Assembly: GCA_963541275.1 (NCBI GenBank)
Contig: CAUTSC010000001.1
Coordinates: forward strand, 73,879 to 137,878
Length of the DNA stretch: 64,000 nucleotides
Reading direction: 5' to 3'
Source of the DNA: an uncultured Pseudomonadota bacterium
GTDB lineage: Bacteria > Pseudomonadota > Alphaproteobacteria > Rs-D84 > CACZYB01
Below the pieces are notes generated by a model, which saw only the letters and a program-made list of their open reading frames with translations, did no database searches and was not told the DNA's origin. The position numbers and the translations under genes were made by a program. Every line of letters starts with the position of its first letter. The stretch's first letter is position 1. This document shows positions 50,102 to 60,873 of this stretch, piece after piece.

Positions 50102-50743
50102 ATGAAAAAAGTATCTCTTATGGCTTTAATGCTTGTAGCAGGAGCAAATGTAAACGCTGCTAATATGATGATGGACAACATGATGTCAACTAAATACTAT
50201 GTTGGTGGTAAACTTGGTTATACAAGCCTACAAACAATCCAATACGTAGATGACAAAGCTGTTGATAATACAGACAAAAAAGCTAATGCATTCGACTACT
50301 CTGTAAATGCTGGTGTAAAAGCTGATGATATGAGATTTGAACTTGAACTTGGAACTATGACTTTTGGTGAATATGAAAAAGAAACAACAAAAGGTAAAAT
50401 GACAAGTTTAATGTCAAATGCATATTATGATGTTGATTTACAAAAACTTGCTGGTGTTATGACTCCTGTAAAACCTTATGTTTCAGCTGGTCTTGGTTTC
50501 ACACACACTGATGCTCAAGTATGGAATGCTGTTGATGAAGAATATAAAAATGCTCCAGCTAACAGAAATGAATATGCAACATGGCAAGTTGGTGCTGGTG
50601 TATCATACGAAGTAATGCCAATGGTAACTCTTGATGCAGGTTATAAATACCAAAGATTGTTTGCTAATGATACAAATGATGGTAAAAACTTCCAAAAAGA
50701 TACAAAACACAGTGTTGTATTTGGTGCAAGATACGGTTTCTAA
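50102..50743 (+). CDS. Outer-membrane beta-barrel protein (OmpA-like, OmpW/Omp25 class).
   Basis: Signal peptide MKKVSLMALMLVAGANVNA; alternating amphipathic strands; C-terminal aromatic VVFGARYGF. Confidence 0.65.
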   Translation: MKKVSLMALMLVAGANVNAANMMMDNMMSTKYYVGGKLGYTSLQTIQYVDDKAVDNTDKKANAFDYSVNAGVKADDMRFELELGTMTFGEYEKETTKGKMTSLMSNAYYDVDLQKLAGVMTPVKPYVSAGLGFTHTDAQVWNAVDEEYKNAPANRNEYATWQVGAGVSYEVMPMVTLDAGYKYQRLFANDTNDGKNFQKDTKHSVVFGARYGF

Positions 50744-50767
50744 TCATAGTTGATCGTATAAACAAAA

Positions 50768-50794
50768 AAGACTGGTTTGCCCAGTCTTTTTTAT
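50768..50794 (+). terminator. Rho-independent terminator of the outer-membrane protein gene.
   Basis: GACTGG-TTTGC-CCAGTC followed by TTTTTT. Confidence 0.7.
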
Positions 50795-50996
50795 TTAAAA
50801 CAAAAATCCCTTGTAAAATATAATTTTTATGTTAATCTTTTCTTAGTGATTAACACCCTTGGAGGCAATCACAATAAAAAATAGATTTTATTTTAAACAG
50901 GTTAAGGGTCCTTTTAAATTCATAAAGTTTTTTCAAAACTTGTCTTTTGAATTTTTTTGGTCTTTTAATAATAAACAATTTATGAAAGGATTAAAA

Positions 50997-51656
50997 ATGG
51001 CAAACAAAGTATCATTTAAAGTTTTAAAAAGAGAAAAATCAGGTAAAGGTTCGGCAAGAGCTGTGAGAAGAAATGGCTTAATCCCAGCAGTTATTTATGG
51101 TAATAAACAAGAACCAGAACTTATTTCTATTGAACCAAAATTGCTTTTAAAACAAATGGAAATCAAAGGTTTTAAAACCAGACAATTTGAACTTGAAATA
51201 GAAGGACAAAGCAAAACAGAACTTGCTCTTTGTCAAGATATTCAATTTCATAAAGTAAAGGATAATCCAATACACGTTGATTTTTTGCGAATTGATGTAA
51301 ATAAAGAAATTTCTATTGAAATTCCATTTAAATTTATCGGTGAAGATGTTTGTGTTGGTGTTAAAAAAGGTGGAGCACTTAACATTATTCGTCGTGTGAT
51401 AGCAGTAAGATGTAAACCGGCTGATATAGTAGATCAAATTGAAGTTGATATATCAAAATTGGATATAACAGAAGTTATTCACTTAAAAGATATAAAACTT
51501 CCAAAGGGTTTAATTATGGACGAATCTGGTGAATTTGCAGTCGCAACGGTAACATCTGCAGTTGGCGATGTAAAGGAAGAGACAGATTCAACATCCGTTG
51601 ATGTTCCATCAGCAACAGAAGAAAAGGCAGCAGCAAAAGAAGATGCAAAAAAATAA
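50997..51656 (+). CDS. rplY: 50S ribosomal protein L25 (general stress protein Ctc form).
   Basis: AAAGGA RBS plus ATG at 50997; MANKVSFKVLKREKSGKGSARAVRRNGLIPAVIYG. The ORF-track start at 50859 is an upstream extension. Confidence 0.85.
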   Translation: MANKVSFKVLKREKSGKGSARAVRRNGLIPAVIYGNKQEPELISIEPKLLLKQMEIKGFKTRQFELEIEGQSKTELALCQDIQFHKVKDNPIHVDFLRIDVNKEISIEIPFKFIGEDVCVGVKKGGALNIIRRVIAVRCKPADIVDQIEVDISKLDITEVIHLKDIKLPKGLIMDESGEFAVATVTSAVGDVKEETDSTSVDVPSATEEKAAAKEDAKK

Positions 51657-52695
51657 TACAAGTAATTTTGAAACAAGAAAGGAGGTTTTTACAAGAAAAC
51701 TTCCTTTTTTACTTGCAAAAAATAAAATAATTTCAGCTGTTAAAAATTTTTTTGATAATGAAAATTTTACAGAAGTTGATACTCCAATTTTACAATATTC
51801 CCCGGGGATGGAAGTTCACTTATCTGCATTTGAAACTTACTTTAACAGCATAGATGGCAGTAATAAAAATAAATTGTATCTGCATACTTCCCCTGAATTT
51901 TCAATGAAAAAATTGCTTTCATATGGGCTTAAAAATATTTATCAATTTACTCACACTTTTAGAAACGAGATAGTTTCAAATACTCATTATCCAGAATTTT
52001 TAATGCTCGAATGGTACAGAACAGGTGTAAATTATGAAAAATTGATGAATGATTGTGAAAATATTTTAAAACTTGCTTTAAAAACCACAGGACAAGATTT
52101 TTTTAGATATAATGATAAAATTTGTTGTCCCAAAATTGAAAAATTAACAATTCAAAATGCTTTTTTAAAATATTGTGATTTTGATATTTTAAAAACTATT
52201 GATGATACACAAAAACCAACACCAAAACTAATCACTCCATTTGCAAAAAATCTTGGTGTTTCAGTTTCAATAACTGATACTTGGGATGATATTTTTGAAA
52301 AATTGATGCTGGAATTTATTGAATCAAATCTTGGAATTGATAATGCAACAATTTTATATGAATATCCAATACACCAGGCAGCATTATCAAAGGCAAAAGA
52401 AACTAATAAAAATATAGCAGAAAGATTTGAACTTTATATTTGTGGTGTTGAACTTGCAAATGCCTTTACAGAGTTAAATGATCGTAAAATACAAGAGGCA
52501 AGATTTATCGCGGATCAAGCGGAAAAACAAAGGCTTTATAACACAACATTTCCAATTGATTATGAATTTTTAGATTCTGTTGAAAACTTGCCACTTTGTA
52601 CAGGAATTGCGCTTGGTGTTGACAGACTTGTAATGCTTGCAACTCATGCTGCTGACATTAAAGATCTGTTATGGACGGAAATTCCAACTATTTAA
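51643..52695 (+). CDS. epmA: Elongation factor P--(R)-beta-lysine ligase EpmA (PoxA/GenX). The start is uncertain.
   Basis: Class II aaRS core without an anticodon-binding domain: HTFRNEIVSNTHYPEFLMLEWY, ELANAFTELND, GIALGVDRLVML. Confidence 0.75.
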   Translation: MQKNNTSNFETRKEVFTRKLPFLLAKNKIISAVKNFFDNENFTEVDTPILQYSPGMEVHLSAFETYFNSIDGSNKNKLYLHTSPEFSMKKLLSYGLKNIYQFTHTFRNEIVSNTHYPEFLMLEWYRTGVNYEKLMNDCENILKLALKTTGQDFFRYNDKICCPKIEKLTIQNAFLKYCDFDILKTIDDTQKPTPKLITPFAKNLGVSVSITDTWDDIFEKLMLEFIESNLGIDNATILYEYPIHQAALSKAKETNKNIAERFELYICGVELANAFTELNDRKIQEARFIADQAEKQRLYNTTFPIDYEFLDSVENLPLCTGIALGVDRLVMLATHAADIKDLLWTEIPTI

Positions 52696-52799
52696 TTAAA
52701 ATATTTACATTTTGTCGTTGACATATAAGGTTTTAGGTATTAAAAAAGAGTTATGTATTATTGTGATACATAGGGAAAAGTTAATAAAAGGAGTTTATT

Positions 52800-53078
52800 A
52801 TGAATAAAACAGAAATAATTGAAGCACTTGCAAATCAAACTGATATTTCAAAAGCAAAAGCTGGTGAAGTTCTTGATGCATTACTTAATCTTATAACAAA
52901 ATCATTAAAGAAAAAAGAAGAAGTAAAATTTATCGGTTTTGGAACATTCGCTGTTTCAAAAAGAAAAGCAACAAAAGGTCGCAACCCAAGAACTGGTGAA
53001 GAAATTAAAATTGCAGCAAGTTTACAAGCAAAATTTAAACCAGGTAAAGCATTAAAAGATACCATCAATGGAAAATAA
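52800..53078 (+). CDS. hup: DNA-binding protein HU.
   Basis: MNKTEIIEALA...FIGFGTFAVSKRKATKGRNPRTGEEIKIAASLQAKFKPGKALKD. Confidence 0.9.
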   Translation: MNKTEIIEALANQTDISKAKAGEVLDALLNLITKSLKKKEEVKFIGFGTFAVSKRKATKGRNPRTGEEIKIAASLQAKFKPGKALKDTINGK

Positions 53079-53133
53079 AGTTTAAAAACTAGAAGTTTAC
53101 TTCTTATTTTTAATTAACCAAAATCCTTCGTAA

Positions 53134-54192
<1,059 letters not shown>

Positions 54193-54309
54193 AAGATTGA
54201 GTTTATTAAAACCGCTCTTTATAATCATTTTTGAAATTATAGGGAAGAAAAAATTTTTTTAAAATTAAAAATAGTTGTTTTTTTATTTATTCTTTTAAGT
54301 GAAAATTTT

Positions 54310-55008
54310 GTGTATGCAAAAAAGATTGATTTATTTGCGGATGACAGCCTTGTTTGGAACAGAGAAAATAAAATTGTACAACTTCACAACAATGCAACAA
54401 TCAAAACAAATGAATATACAATAACAGCAGATGACATAACTGCTTTTTACAAAGATACAAAAGATATTTTTAAAATAGAAGCAACCGGAAATGTAAATAT
54501 AAAACTGGATAATACAGAAATCACAGGTCATAAAATCTTATATGATATAACAGGTGAAATAATAACTTTTTTTGCCAAATCTGATAAAATAATAAATTTT
54601 AAAAATGATAAAATAAAACTTATATCAAATGATAACATTATTTATTACAGAAACAAAAATTATGCGACTGCAACCAAGATAGAACTTTCCTATGATAACA
54701 GAGTTTTATCAGGAGATAGCGCAAAAATAAATTTTGAAAATGGTAAAGCAAATAAATTACAAGAAGTAAATATGACAGGCAATATAAAAATTGTTGATGA
54801 TTTTGATGAGTTATCAGGTGATAGTGCAAATTATAATGTAAAAAATGACTATGCAACAATATCAGGAAATGTTTCTTTGAAAAAAGGAAATAATGCCAAT
54901 TTACAAGGTAGTTTTATCGAATATAATATGAAAACAGGTATCATAAAAATCTTACCAAACAAAGATACGGGTAAAGTTAAAGGTAGTTTTAAAATGAGTG
55001 ATATGTAA
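54310..55008 (+). CDS. lptA: LPS transport periplasmic protein LptA (OstA-like). The GTG start from the ORF track lies inside the mature protein; the real start is upstream (see findings).
   Basis: OstA-like beta-jellyroll repeats; directly upstream of lptB. Confidence 0.6.
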   Translation: MYAKKIDLFADDSLVWNRENKIVQLHNNATIKTNEYTITADDITAFYKDTKDIFKIEATGNVNIKLDNTEITGHKILYDITGEIITFFAKSDKIINFKNDKIKLISNDNIIYYRNKNYATATKIELSYDNRVLSGDSAKINFENGKANKLQEVNMTGNIKIVDDFDELSGDSANYNVKNDYATISGNVSLKKGNNANLQGSFIEYNMKTGIIKILPNKDTGKVKGSFKMSDM

Positions 55009-55011
55009 GTT

Positions 55012-55737
55012 ATGAGTGATATATTACAAATAAAAAACTTAAAAAAAACATATAAAAATCGTGAGATTTTAAAATCTATTTTCATGGATGTGGAATCTGG
55101 TGAAGTTGTAAGCTTGCTTGGTCCAAATGGTGCTGGTAAAACCACTTGTTTTTATTGTATAACTGGTCTTATTAAACAAAATCATGGAACTATTACCATA
55201 AATGAAAAATCAATTTCTCATCTGCCATTTTATCAAAGGGCAAGACTTGGTATTGGATATTTACCACAAGAATCATCAATATTCCGTGGTATGTCAGTGG
55301 AAAATAATATAATGTCAGTTTTGGAAATAACAGAAAATGATTTTGATAAAAGAAAACAAAGACTTGAAGAATTATTAAATGAATTTTCAATTACTTATTT
55401 AAGGGATGAACCATCAACTGCACTTTCAGGTGGTGAAAGGCGAAGACTTGAAATTGCAAGGTGCCTTGCCACAAATCCAAAATTTATTCTGCTTGATGAA
55501 CCATTTGCTGGGGTTGATCCACTGGCTATAAAAGATATAAAAAATATAATAAGTCATCTAAAAGAAAAAGGATATGGTGTTTTAATAACAGATCACAATG
55601 TGCGTGAAACACTTGGCATTTCAGACAGAGCTTATGTTATTTATGATGGAAAAATTTTATATGATGGTACACCAGATCAAATTATATCACACGATGATGT
55701 AAGACGAATTTATCTGGGTAATGATTTTAAATTATAA
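55012..55737 (+). CDS. lptB: LPS export ABC transporter ATPase LptB.
   Basis: Walker A GPNGAGKTT; signature LSGGERRRLEIAR; Walker B ILLDEPFAGVD; LptB-type C-terminus RIYLGNDFKL. Confidence 0.9.
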   Translation: MSDILQIKNLKKTYKNREILKSIFMDVESGEVVSLLGPNGAGKTTCFYCITGLIKQNHGTITINEKSISHLPFYQRARLGIGYLPQESSIFRGMSVENNIMSVLEITENDFDKRKQRLEELLNEFSITYLRDEPSTALSGGERRRLEIARCLATNPKFILLDEPFAGVDPLAIKDIKNIISHLKEKGYGVLITDHNVRETLGISDRAYVIYDGKILYDGTPDQIISHDDVRRIYLGNDFKL

Positions 55738-55757
55738 AATTATTTTAAGAGGTTAAA

Positions 55758-56174
55758 ATGCTTGAAAATTTTTGGAATATATTCAGTTTTGATTTACTTC
55801 CAACATTGCCTTTGGTATTTTCTTTTTCATCTTTTATTTCTTTATTGATATTTACAACTATTCCAACAATTATTGCTTTTTTACGAAAAACGGCTGAAAG
55901 ACATAAAATTTATGTTGTAAATATTGTAATATTTTTGTTGTTTTATGTATGTTTTTTTATTCCAGTTGAAAATTTTTATTTTAATCGTGGTGATATGACT
56001 ATATTTGTAAAAACTCTTTATGTGTTAATTTTTATAGGCAGCATTTTTGATAAAAGTGAAGGTCAAGAAAGAATACTTAAATTAAAATCATTTTTTTATA
56101 ACGTATACAGAATTTTTAAAAGTTTAAAAGAAAGGAAAAACAAAAATGATAAATCAAAACACAATAAAAAATGA
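55758..56174 (+). CDS. Hypothetical small membrane protein.
   Basis: Three predicted transmembrane segments, located between lptB and lpxC. Confidence 0.35.
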   Translation: MLENFWNIFSFDLLPTLPLVFSFSSFISLLIFTTIPTIIAFLRKTAERHKIYVVNIVIFLLFYVCFFIPVENFYFNRGDMTIFVKTLYVLIFIGSIFDKSEGQERILKLKSFFYNVYRIFKSLKERKNKNDKSKHNKK

Positions 56175-57003
56175 AATAACAATTTCTGGTATAGGTCAAC
56201 ACAAAGGAACAATAAATACTTTAATACTTTCACCAGCAAGTGAAAATACAGGAATAGTTTTTGATTTAAAAGGTGAAATTTTTAAATTAAATATTGATAA
56301 TGTTGTTGGTACAGGTGGTTTTACATTTATTGGAAATCCAAATAGCAATAACCTTAAAACAATAGAGCATTTAATGTCTGCTGTTTGTGGCGTTGGAATT
56401 GATAATTTAATTATAAAAACAAATGACGAGGAAGTACCAATTATGGATGGCTCAGGGATAGAATTTGTAAAGTTGTTGAATGAAAAAGCCGGTGTTTTTA
56501 AACAAAATGCCAAAAGAAAATATCTTAAAATTATAAAAAAAGTTGAATATAGCGATGATAACGCAAGTGTTTCCTTATCACCAACAGATGACAATTATCT
56601 TACACTTGATGTACAAATAGAATATGAAAATATAAAACCTATTGGTATACAAAAAGAAGTTATAAAATTAACCCCAGAAAATTATATGGAAAAAATCGCA
56701 TCTGCCAGAACTTTTGCAAGGTTATCAGATGTAGAATATTTACATTCCAAGGGTTTATGTCTTGGTGCCAGCCTTAAAACAGGGATAGCAGTTGATGAAG
56801 AAAAAATAATAAATCCAGAGGGGTTAAGGTTTAAAAATGAATTTGTTTTCCATAAAATTTTAGATGCTGTTGGTGATTTATTTGTTGCAGGGAACAGAAT
56901 TATAGGAGTTTATAAAAGTATTCGTGGCGGTCATACACAAAATAATATGCTTGTAAAACAACTCTTAAGCGATAAATCAAATTATGAACTTGTGGAATTA
57001 TAA
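56146..57003 (+). CDS. lpxC: UDP-3-O-acyl-N-acetylglucosamine deacetylase LpxC.
   Basis: MINQNTIKNEITISGIGQHKGTINTLILSPASENTGIVF; HKILDAVGDL; GGHTQNNMLVKQLL. Confidence 0.85.
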   Translation: MINQNTIKNEITISGIGQHKGTINTLILSPASENTGIVFDLKGEIFKLNIDNVVGTGGFTFIGNPNSNNLKTIEHLMSAVCGVGIDNLIIKTNDEEVPIMDGSGIEFVKLLNEKAGVFKQNAKRKYLKIIKKVEYSDDNASVSLSPTDDNYLTLDVQIEYENIKPIGIQKEVIKLTPENYMEKIASARTFARLSDVEYLHSKGLCLGASLKTGIAVDEEKIINPEGLRFKNEFVFHKILDAVGDLFVAGNRIIGVYKSIRGGHTQNNMLVKQLLSDKSNYELVEL

Positions 57004-57473
57004 TGAAAATAATGGGTATTGATCCAGGACTACGTTTTACAGGTTGGGGTCTTGTTGAATTTAGAAACAATCAATTTTTTCATATTGCAAATGGCACAAT
57101 AAAAATTCCAACTAATATGGATCTTGCAAAACGACTTGCCTTTATTTACAGGGAGCTTTCAAATATAGTAAAAACTTTAAATCCAGATGAAGTTTCAGTT
57201 GAAGAAGTTTTTGTAAATGTAAATCCAAATTCAACATTAAAACTAGGTCAGGCAAGGGGTATTGCGATACTTGTTCCAAGTTTGCTTGATATTCCAGTTT
57301 TTGAATACACTCCAAACTTAATAAAAAAGTCAGTTGTTGGTGTGGGACATGCAACAAAAGAGCAGGTACAAATGATGGTAAATGTTTTACTTAATAAACC
57401 AACAATAGACTCGGAACATGCAGCCGATGCCCTTGCAATGGCAATCTGCCACGCCCATAATAAAAAATTATAA
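57003..57473 (+). CDS. ruvC: Holliday junction resolvase RuvC.
   Basis: MKIMGIDPGLRFTGWGLVE; catalytic DAADALAMAICHA. Confidence 0.9.
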   Translation: MKIMGIDPGLRFTGWGLVEFRNNQFFHIANGTIKIPTNMDLAKRLAFIYRELSNIVKTLNPDEVSVEEVFVNVNPNSTLKLGQARGIAILVPSLLDIPVFEYTPNLIKKSVVGVGHATKEQVQMMVNVLLNKPTIDSEHAADALAMAICHAHNKKL

Positions 57474-57499
57474 TATTATATTTTTTTATGATATAATGA

Positions 57500-57508
57500 C
57501 TTTGTTTT
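57500..57508 (+). promoter_or_regulatory. Extended -10 promoter (TGATATAAT) for the 57543..58133 gene.
   Basis: Exact TGnTATAAT match 35 nt upstream of the ATG, duplicated at 58194..58202. Confidence 0.45.
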
Positions 57509-57542
57509 TGATTTAAATATTTCACAATAGAAAAGAGAAGTT

Positions 57543-58133
57543 ATGGAGTTTTTTATTTATTGTTTTGCTTTAATTATTTTTTGTTTTTCAATATTTCGTA
57601 GTGTATGGTATGAAATTGCAAGGTTAACAAATTATATTTTAATAAAAATTTTAGATGAAAATAAAAAATACAAATCAAAAAGTAAGAAAGTTAAGTCAGA
57701 AAGAAGTTGGATACAAAAATTTTTTTATAAGGATATATCAAGCTTCCCATACGAAAGACAAGCAACTAAATTTGCAACTTTTATTACTATAATATTGTTG
57801 ATAGCTTTATTTTTTTATTCTTTTTTTAAATTTGATTTTAAATCAAGAGATTTACTTGGAAAGATTATTTATCCTGTAAATATTGCTTTTTTATATAGTA
57901 TTATTTTTAGTATTCTTTTATGTTGGGATATTTTATTTTTTTTAATAAATAAATTTTTGATTTTAAAAAATAAGAAATCTAGTAATGAAAGAGAACTATA
58001 CACAAAACAAAATCTTTTAAAAACAGATATAAAAGACAAGGTATATGATATTGTTAAGGGAATTTTATTTGTGTTTAGTTATTTAGTCTTTTTTGTAATT
58101 ATTGCTTTCTTGTATAAAATATTATTTTTATAA
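57543..58133 (+). CDS. Hypothetical polytopic membrane protein, tandem paralogue 1.
   Basis: FRSVWYEIARLTNYILIKILDENKKYKSKSKKVKSERSWIQKFFYKDISSFPYERQA is shared almost verbatim with 58241..58879. Confidence 0.5.
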   Translation: MEFFIYCFALIIFCFSIFRSVWYEIARLTNYILIKILDENKKYKSKSKKVKSERSWIQKFFYKDISSFPYERQATKFATFITIILLIALFFYSFFKFDFKSRDLLGKIIYPVNIAFLYSIIFSILLCWDILFFLINKFLILKNKKSSNERELYTKQNLLKTDIKDKVYDIVKGILFVFSYLVFFVIIAFLYKILFL

Positions 58134-58193
58134 TCTCAAACATTAAATTATCATCAAAAAACATAAATCAATTATGTTATATATGTATTTTTA

Positions 58194-58202
58194 TGATATA
58201 AT
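58194..58202 (+). promoter_or_regulatory. Extended -10 promoter (TGATATAAT) for the 58241..58879 gene.
   Basis: Duplicate of the 57500..57508 element, including the flanking TTTTTATGATATAAT. Confidence 0.45.
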
Positions 58203-58240
58203 AGTAATTATATTTATATAAAAGTTAACATGGAGACTTT

Positions 58241-58879
58241 ATGAAAATTTTAGATATATTGTATAATGCTGCTTTTACATTTGCTTTTTATGTTCTAATA
58301 TTTCGTAGTTTATGGTATGAAGTAGCAAGGTTAACAAATTATATTTTAATAAAAATTTTAGATGAAAATAAAAAATATAAGTTAAAAAGTAAGAAAGTTA
58401 AGTTAGAAAGAAGTAGGATAGAAAAATTTTTTTATAAGGATATATCAATTTTTCCATACGCAAAACAAGCAAGAGAGACAGCTACTTTTATAACTATAAT
58501 GTTGATAATAATTTTATTTTCTCATTTTCTTTATGTTGAATTTAGTGAAGCAATTACAGATCCTTTTTTAAAAGGTTTATATCCAATGATTATTGCAATT
58601 ATATATATCTTTATTTTTAGTATCCTTTTATGTTGGGATATTTTACTTTTTCTTGTAAATAGATTTTTGATTTCTAAAAATAAAGTTGCCGATAGTAAAG
58701 AATTATATATAAAAAAGAATCTTTTAAAAACAGATATAAAAGAAAAAATATATGACATCCTTAAAGGAATTATATTTGTTATTGCTTTTTTGTTTATTAC
58801 TGCTTTTTTAGCTCGTTTAACAAATAATTTACCCTCAAAATCATCAGTATCCATTCCCGCGACAAACAAAACTTTGTAA
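58241..58879 (+). CDS. Hypothetical polytopic membrane protein, tandem paralogue 2.
   Basis: About 55-60% identical to 57543..58133 over its whole length; same topology. Confidence 0.5.
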   Translation: MKILDILYNAAFTFAFYVLIFRSLWYEVARLTNYILIKILDENKKYKLKSKKVKLERSRIEKFFYKDISIFPYAKQARETATFITIMLIIILFSHFLYVEFSEAITDPFLKGLYPMIIAIIYIFIFSILLCWDILLFLVNRFLISKNKVADSKELYIKKNLLKTDIKEKIYDILKGIIFVIAFLFITAFLARLTNNLPSKSSVSIPATNKTL

Positions 58880-58980
58880 ATATATTATGGGAAACAATCA
58901 TAAATGATATAGTTTTATACATACCTTGAAATTTTGAAAACTTGTTAATATATTATATGATGTTTTAAAATGGGTAAGTT

Positions 58981-60120
58981 ATGGCAAATAGTGATTTTTA
59001 TGAAATACTTGGCGTTTCCAAAAATGCAACTGATGCAGAAATAAAATCTGCATACAGAAAACAGGCAATGAAATATCACCCAGACAGAAATCAAGGTGAT
59101 AAAGCAGCAGAAGAAAAATTTAAAGAAGTAAATAAAGCGTATGAAGTTTTAAAAGATCCACAAAAAAAGGCTGCATATGATCAATATGGTGCTGCAGCTT
59201 TTGAAAATGGTATGGGTGGTTCTCAAGGATTTGGTGGGCAAGGTTTTGGAGGACAGGGTTTCGAGGGTTTTGATTTTTCATCCGCTGGTGGATTTAGTGA
59301 AATGTTTTCTGATATATTTTCAGATTTTATGGGGGGGGGATCTCATAGCCGTGAAAGGGAGACAAGAGGACAAGATCTTCGTTATGATATAGTTATCAGT
59401 TTAGAAGAGGCTTTTACAGGACTTGTTAAAACAATATCATTTAAGAAAAATGGAAAATGCCAAAAATGTAATGGTATGGGCGGTGATGAAAAAGTTGTTT
59501 GTTCAAAATGTCGTGGTTCAGGTGTTGTGAATATAAGACAAGGAATATTTTTCACTCAACATCTGTGCCCAGATTGTCAAGGAACAGGTTATAAAATTAA
59601 AAATCCTTGTCATTATTGTTCAGGAACTGGTATAGCAATGGAATCTAAAACTTTGGATGTAAAAATTCCAGCAGGAGTGGATAGTGGTACAAAACTTCGT
59701 ATAAGAGGTGAAGGTGAAGCAGGTTTAATGGGTACTGCCCCTGGTGATTTATTTGTATATGTAGTTGTAAAACCTCATAAAATTTTTACAAGAAGTGATA
59801 AAAATCTGTTAATAGAAGTACCAGTTTCATTTACCGAAGCTGCACTTGGTGGTACAATAGAAGTACCTATTATAGAAGGTGGCAAAGCAGAAGTTAATAT
59901 TCCAAAGGGTATACAAAATGGAGAAAGGTTGAGACTTCGTAGTAAGGGTATGAGTGGCATAAATTCTGGTATTCGTGGCGATATGTATTTAAATATAAAG
60001 GTTGAAACTCCAACAAAATTAACCGACCATCAAGAACAATTGCTACGCGAATTTGAAGCGGACAGAATCAAAAATGGTGATAAGAAAAGTTTTTTTGATA
60101 AAATAAAAGATTGGTTATAA
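58981..60120 (+). CDS. dnaJ: Chaperone DnaJ.
   Basis: J domain DFYEILGVSKNATDAEIKSAYRKQAMKYHPDRN; G/F-rich region; four CxxCxGxG zinc-finger repeats. Confidence 0.95.
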   Translation: MANSDFYEILGVSKNATDAEIKSAYRKQAMKYHPDRNQGDKAAEEKFKEVNKAYEVLKDPQKKAAYDQYGAAAFENGMGGSQGFGGQGFGGQGFEGFDFSSAGGFSEMFSDIFSDFMGGGSHSRERETRGQDLRYDIVISLEEAFTGLVKTISFKKNGKCQKCNGMGGDEKVVCSKCRGSGVVNIRQGIFFTQHLCPDCQGTGYKIKNPCHYCSGTGIAMESKTLDVKIPAGVDSGTKLRIRGEGEAGLMGTAPGDLFVYVVVKPHKIFTRSDKNLLIEVPVSFTEAALGGTIEVPIIEGGKAEVNIPKGIQNGERLRLRSKGMSGINSGIRGDMYLNIKVETPTKLTDHQEQLLREFEADRIKNGDKKSFFDKIKDWL

Positions 60121-60126
60121 TTTTTT

Positions 60127-60816
60127 ATGGAGCACAAGCAAAAAACATTTTTTGGCAGACGCAAGGGAAAAGGTATGAGTAAAGCAAAGGAAACTTTGCT
60201 TGAAACCTATCTTGATAAATATTCAATTATTTTACCTATAAACAAAAATGAAAAAATAAATTTACAAGATTATTTTGATTTTATACCAAAAGAATTTGTT
60301 TTTGAAATAGGTTATGGAACAGGAGAACATTTAATTGAAATAGCAGTTAAAAATCCTGATACTGCATTTATAGGGACAGAAGTTTTTATAAATGGTAATG
60401 CAAATATTATTCGTAAAATTGTTGAAAAAAATATAAAAAATATAAGGATTTTTCCAGATGATGTTTATTTGCTTTTTCCTTATTTACCAGAAAATATTTT
60501 TAAAACTATTTATATTTTATACCCTGACCCTTGGCCCAAAAACAGAAATGAAGAAAGGCGAATTATAAATAAAAATAACTTGCAACTTTTTCATAAATTG
60601 CTAGTTGATAATGGAAATTTATTTGTTGCAACAGATCACCCTGTTTATAGTGTGTGGACTTTATTCATTATGCAAAATCAAAATTTATTTAAATGGAATG
60701 CAAGCAGTTCAAAAGATTTTGTTAATCCACCACAAAATTGGGAAACAACTCATTATGAACAAAAGGCATTAAAAGAAAACAGAACTCCAATCTATATGAA
60801 TTTTAATAAAGTATAA
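60127..60816 (+). CDS. trmB: tRNA (guanine46-N7)-methyltransferase TrmB.
   Basis: EIGYGTGEHLIEIA SAM motif; LYPDPWPKNRNEERR signature. Confidence 0.8.
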   Translation: MEHKQKTFFGRRKGKGMSKAKETLLETYLDKYSIILPINKNEKINLQDYFDFIPKEFVFEIGYGTGEHLIEIAVKNPDTAFIGTEVFINGNANIIRKIVEKNIKNIRIFPDDVYLLFPYLPENIFKTIYILYPDPWPKNRNEERRIINKNNLQLFHKLLVDNGNLFVATDHPVYSVWTLFIMQNQNLFKWNASSSKDFVNPPQNWETTHYEQKALKENRTPIYMNFNKV

Positions 60817-60873
60817 TCTTTTAAATTGTTTCAAAAATAAAATCAGTCAGTCTTTGCTTTAAGAGATTAATTT

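Noticed and set aside
59331-59339. G9 homopolymer as a phase-variation tract.
   Set aside because: It sits inside the dnaJ G/F-rich region encoding MGGGS; it is in frame and consistent with the protein, so most likely plain coding sequence rather than a switch.
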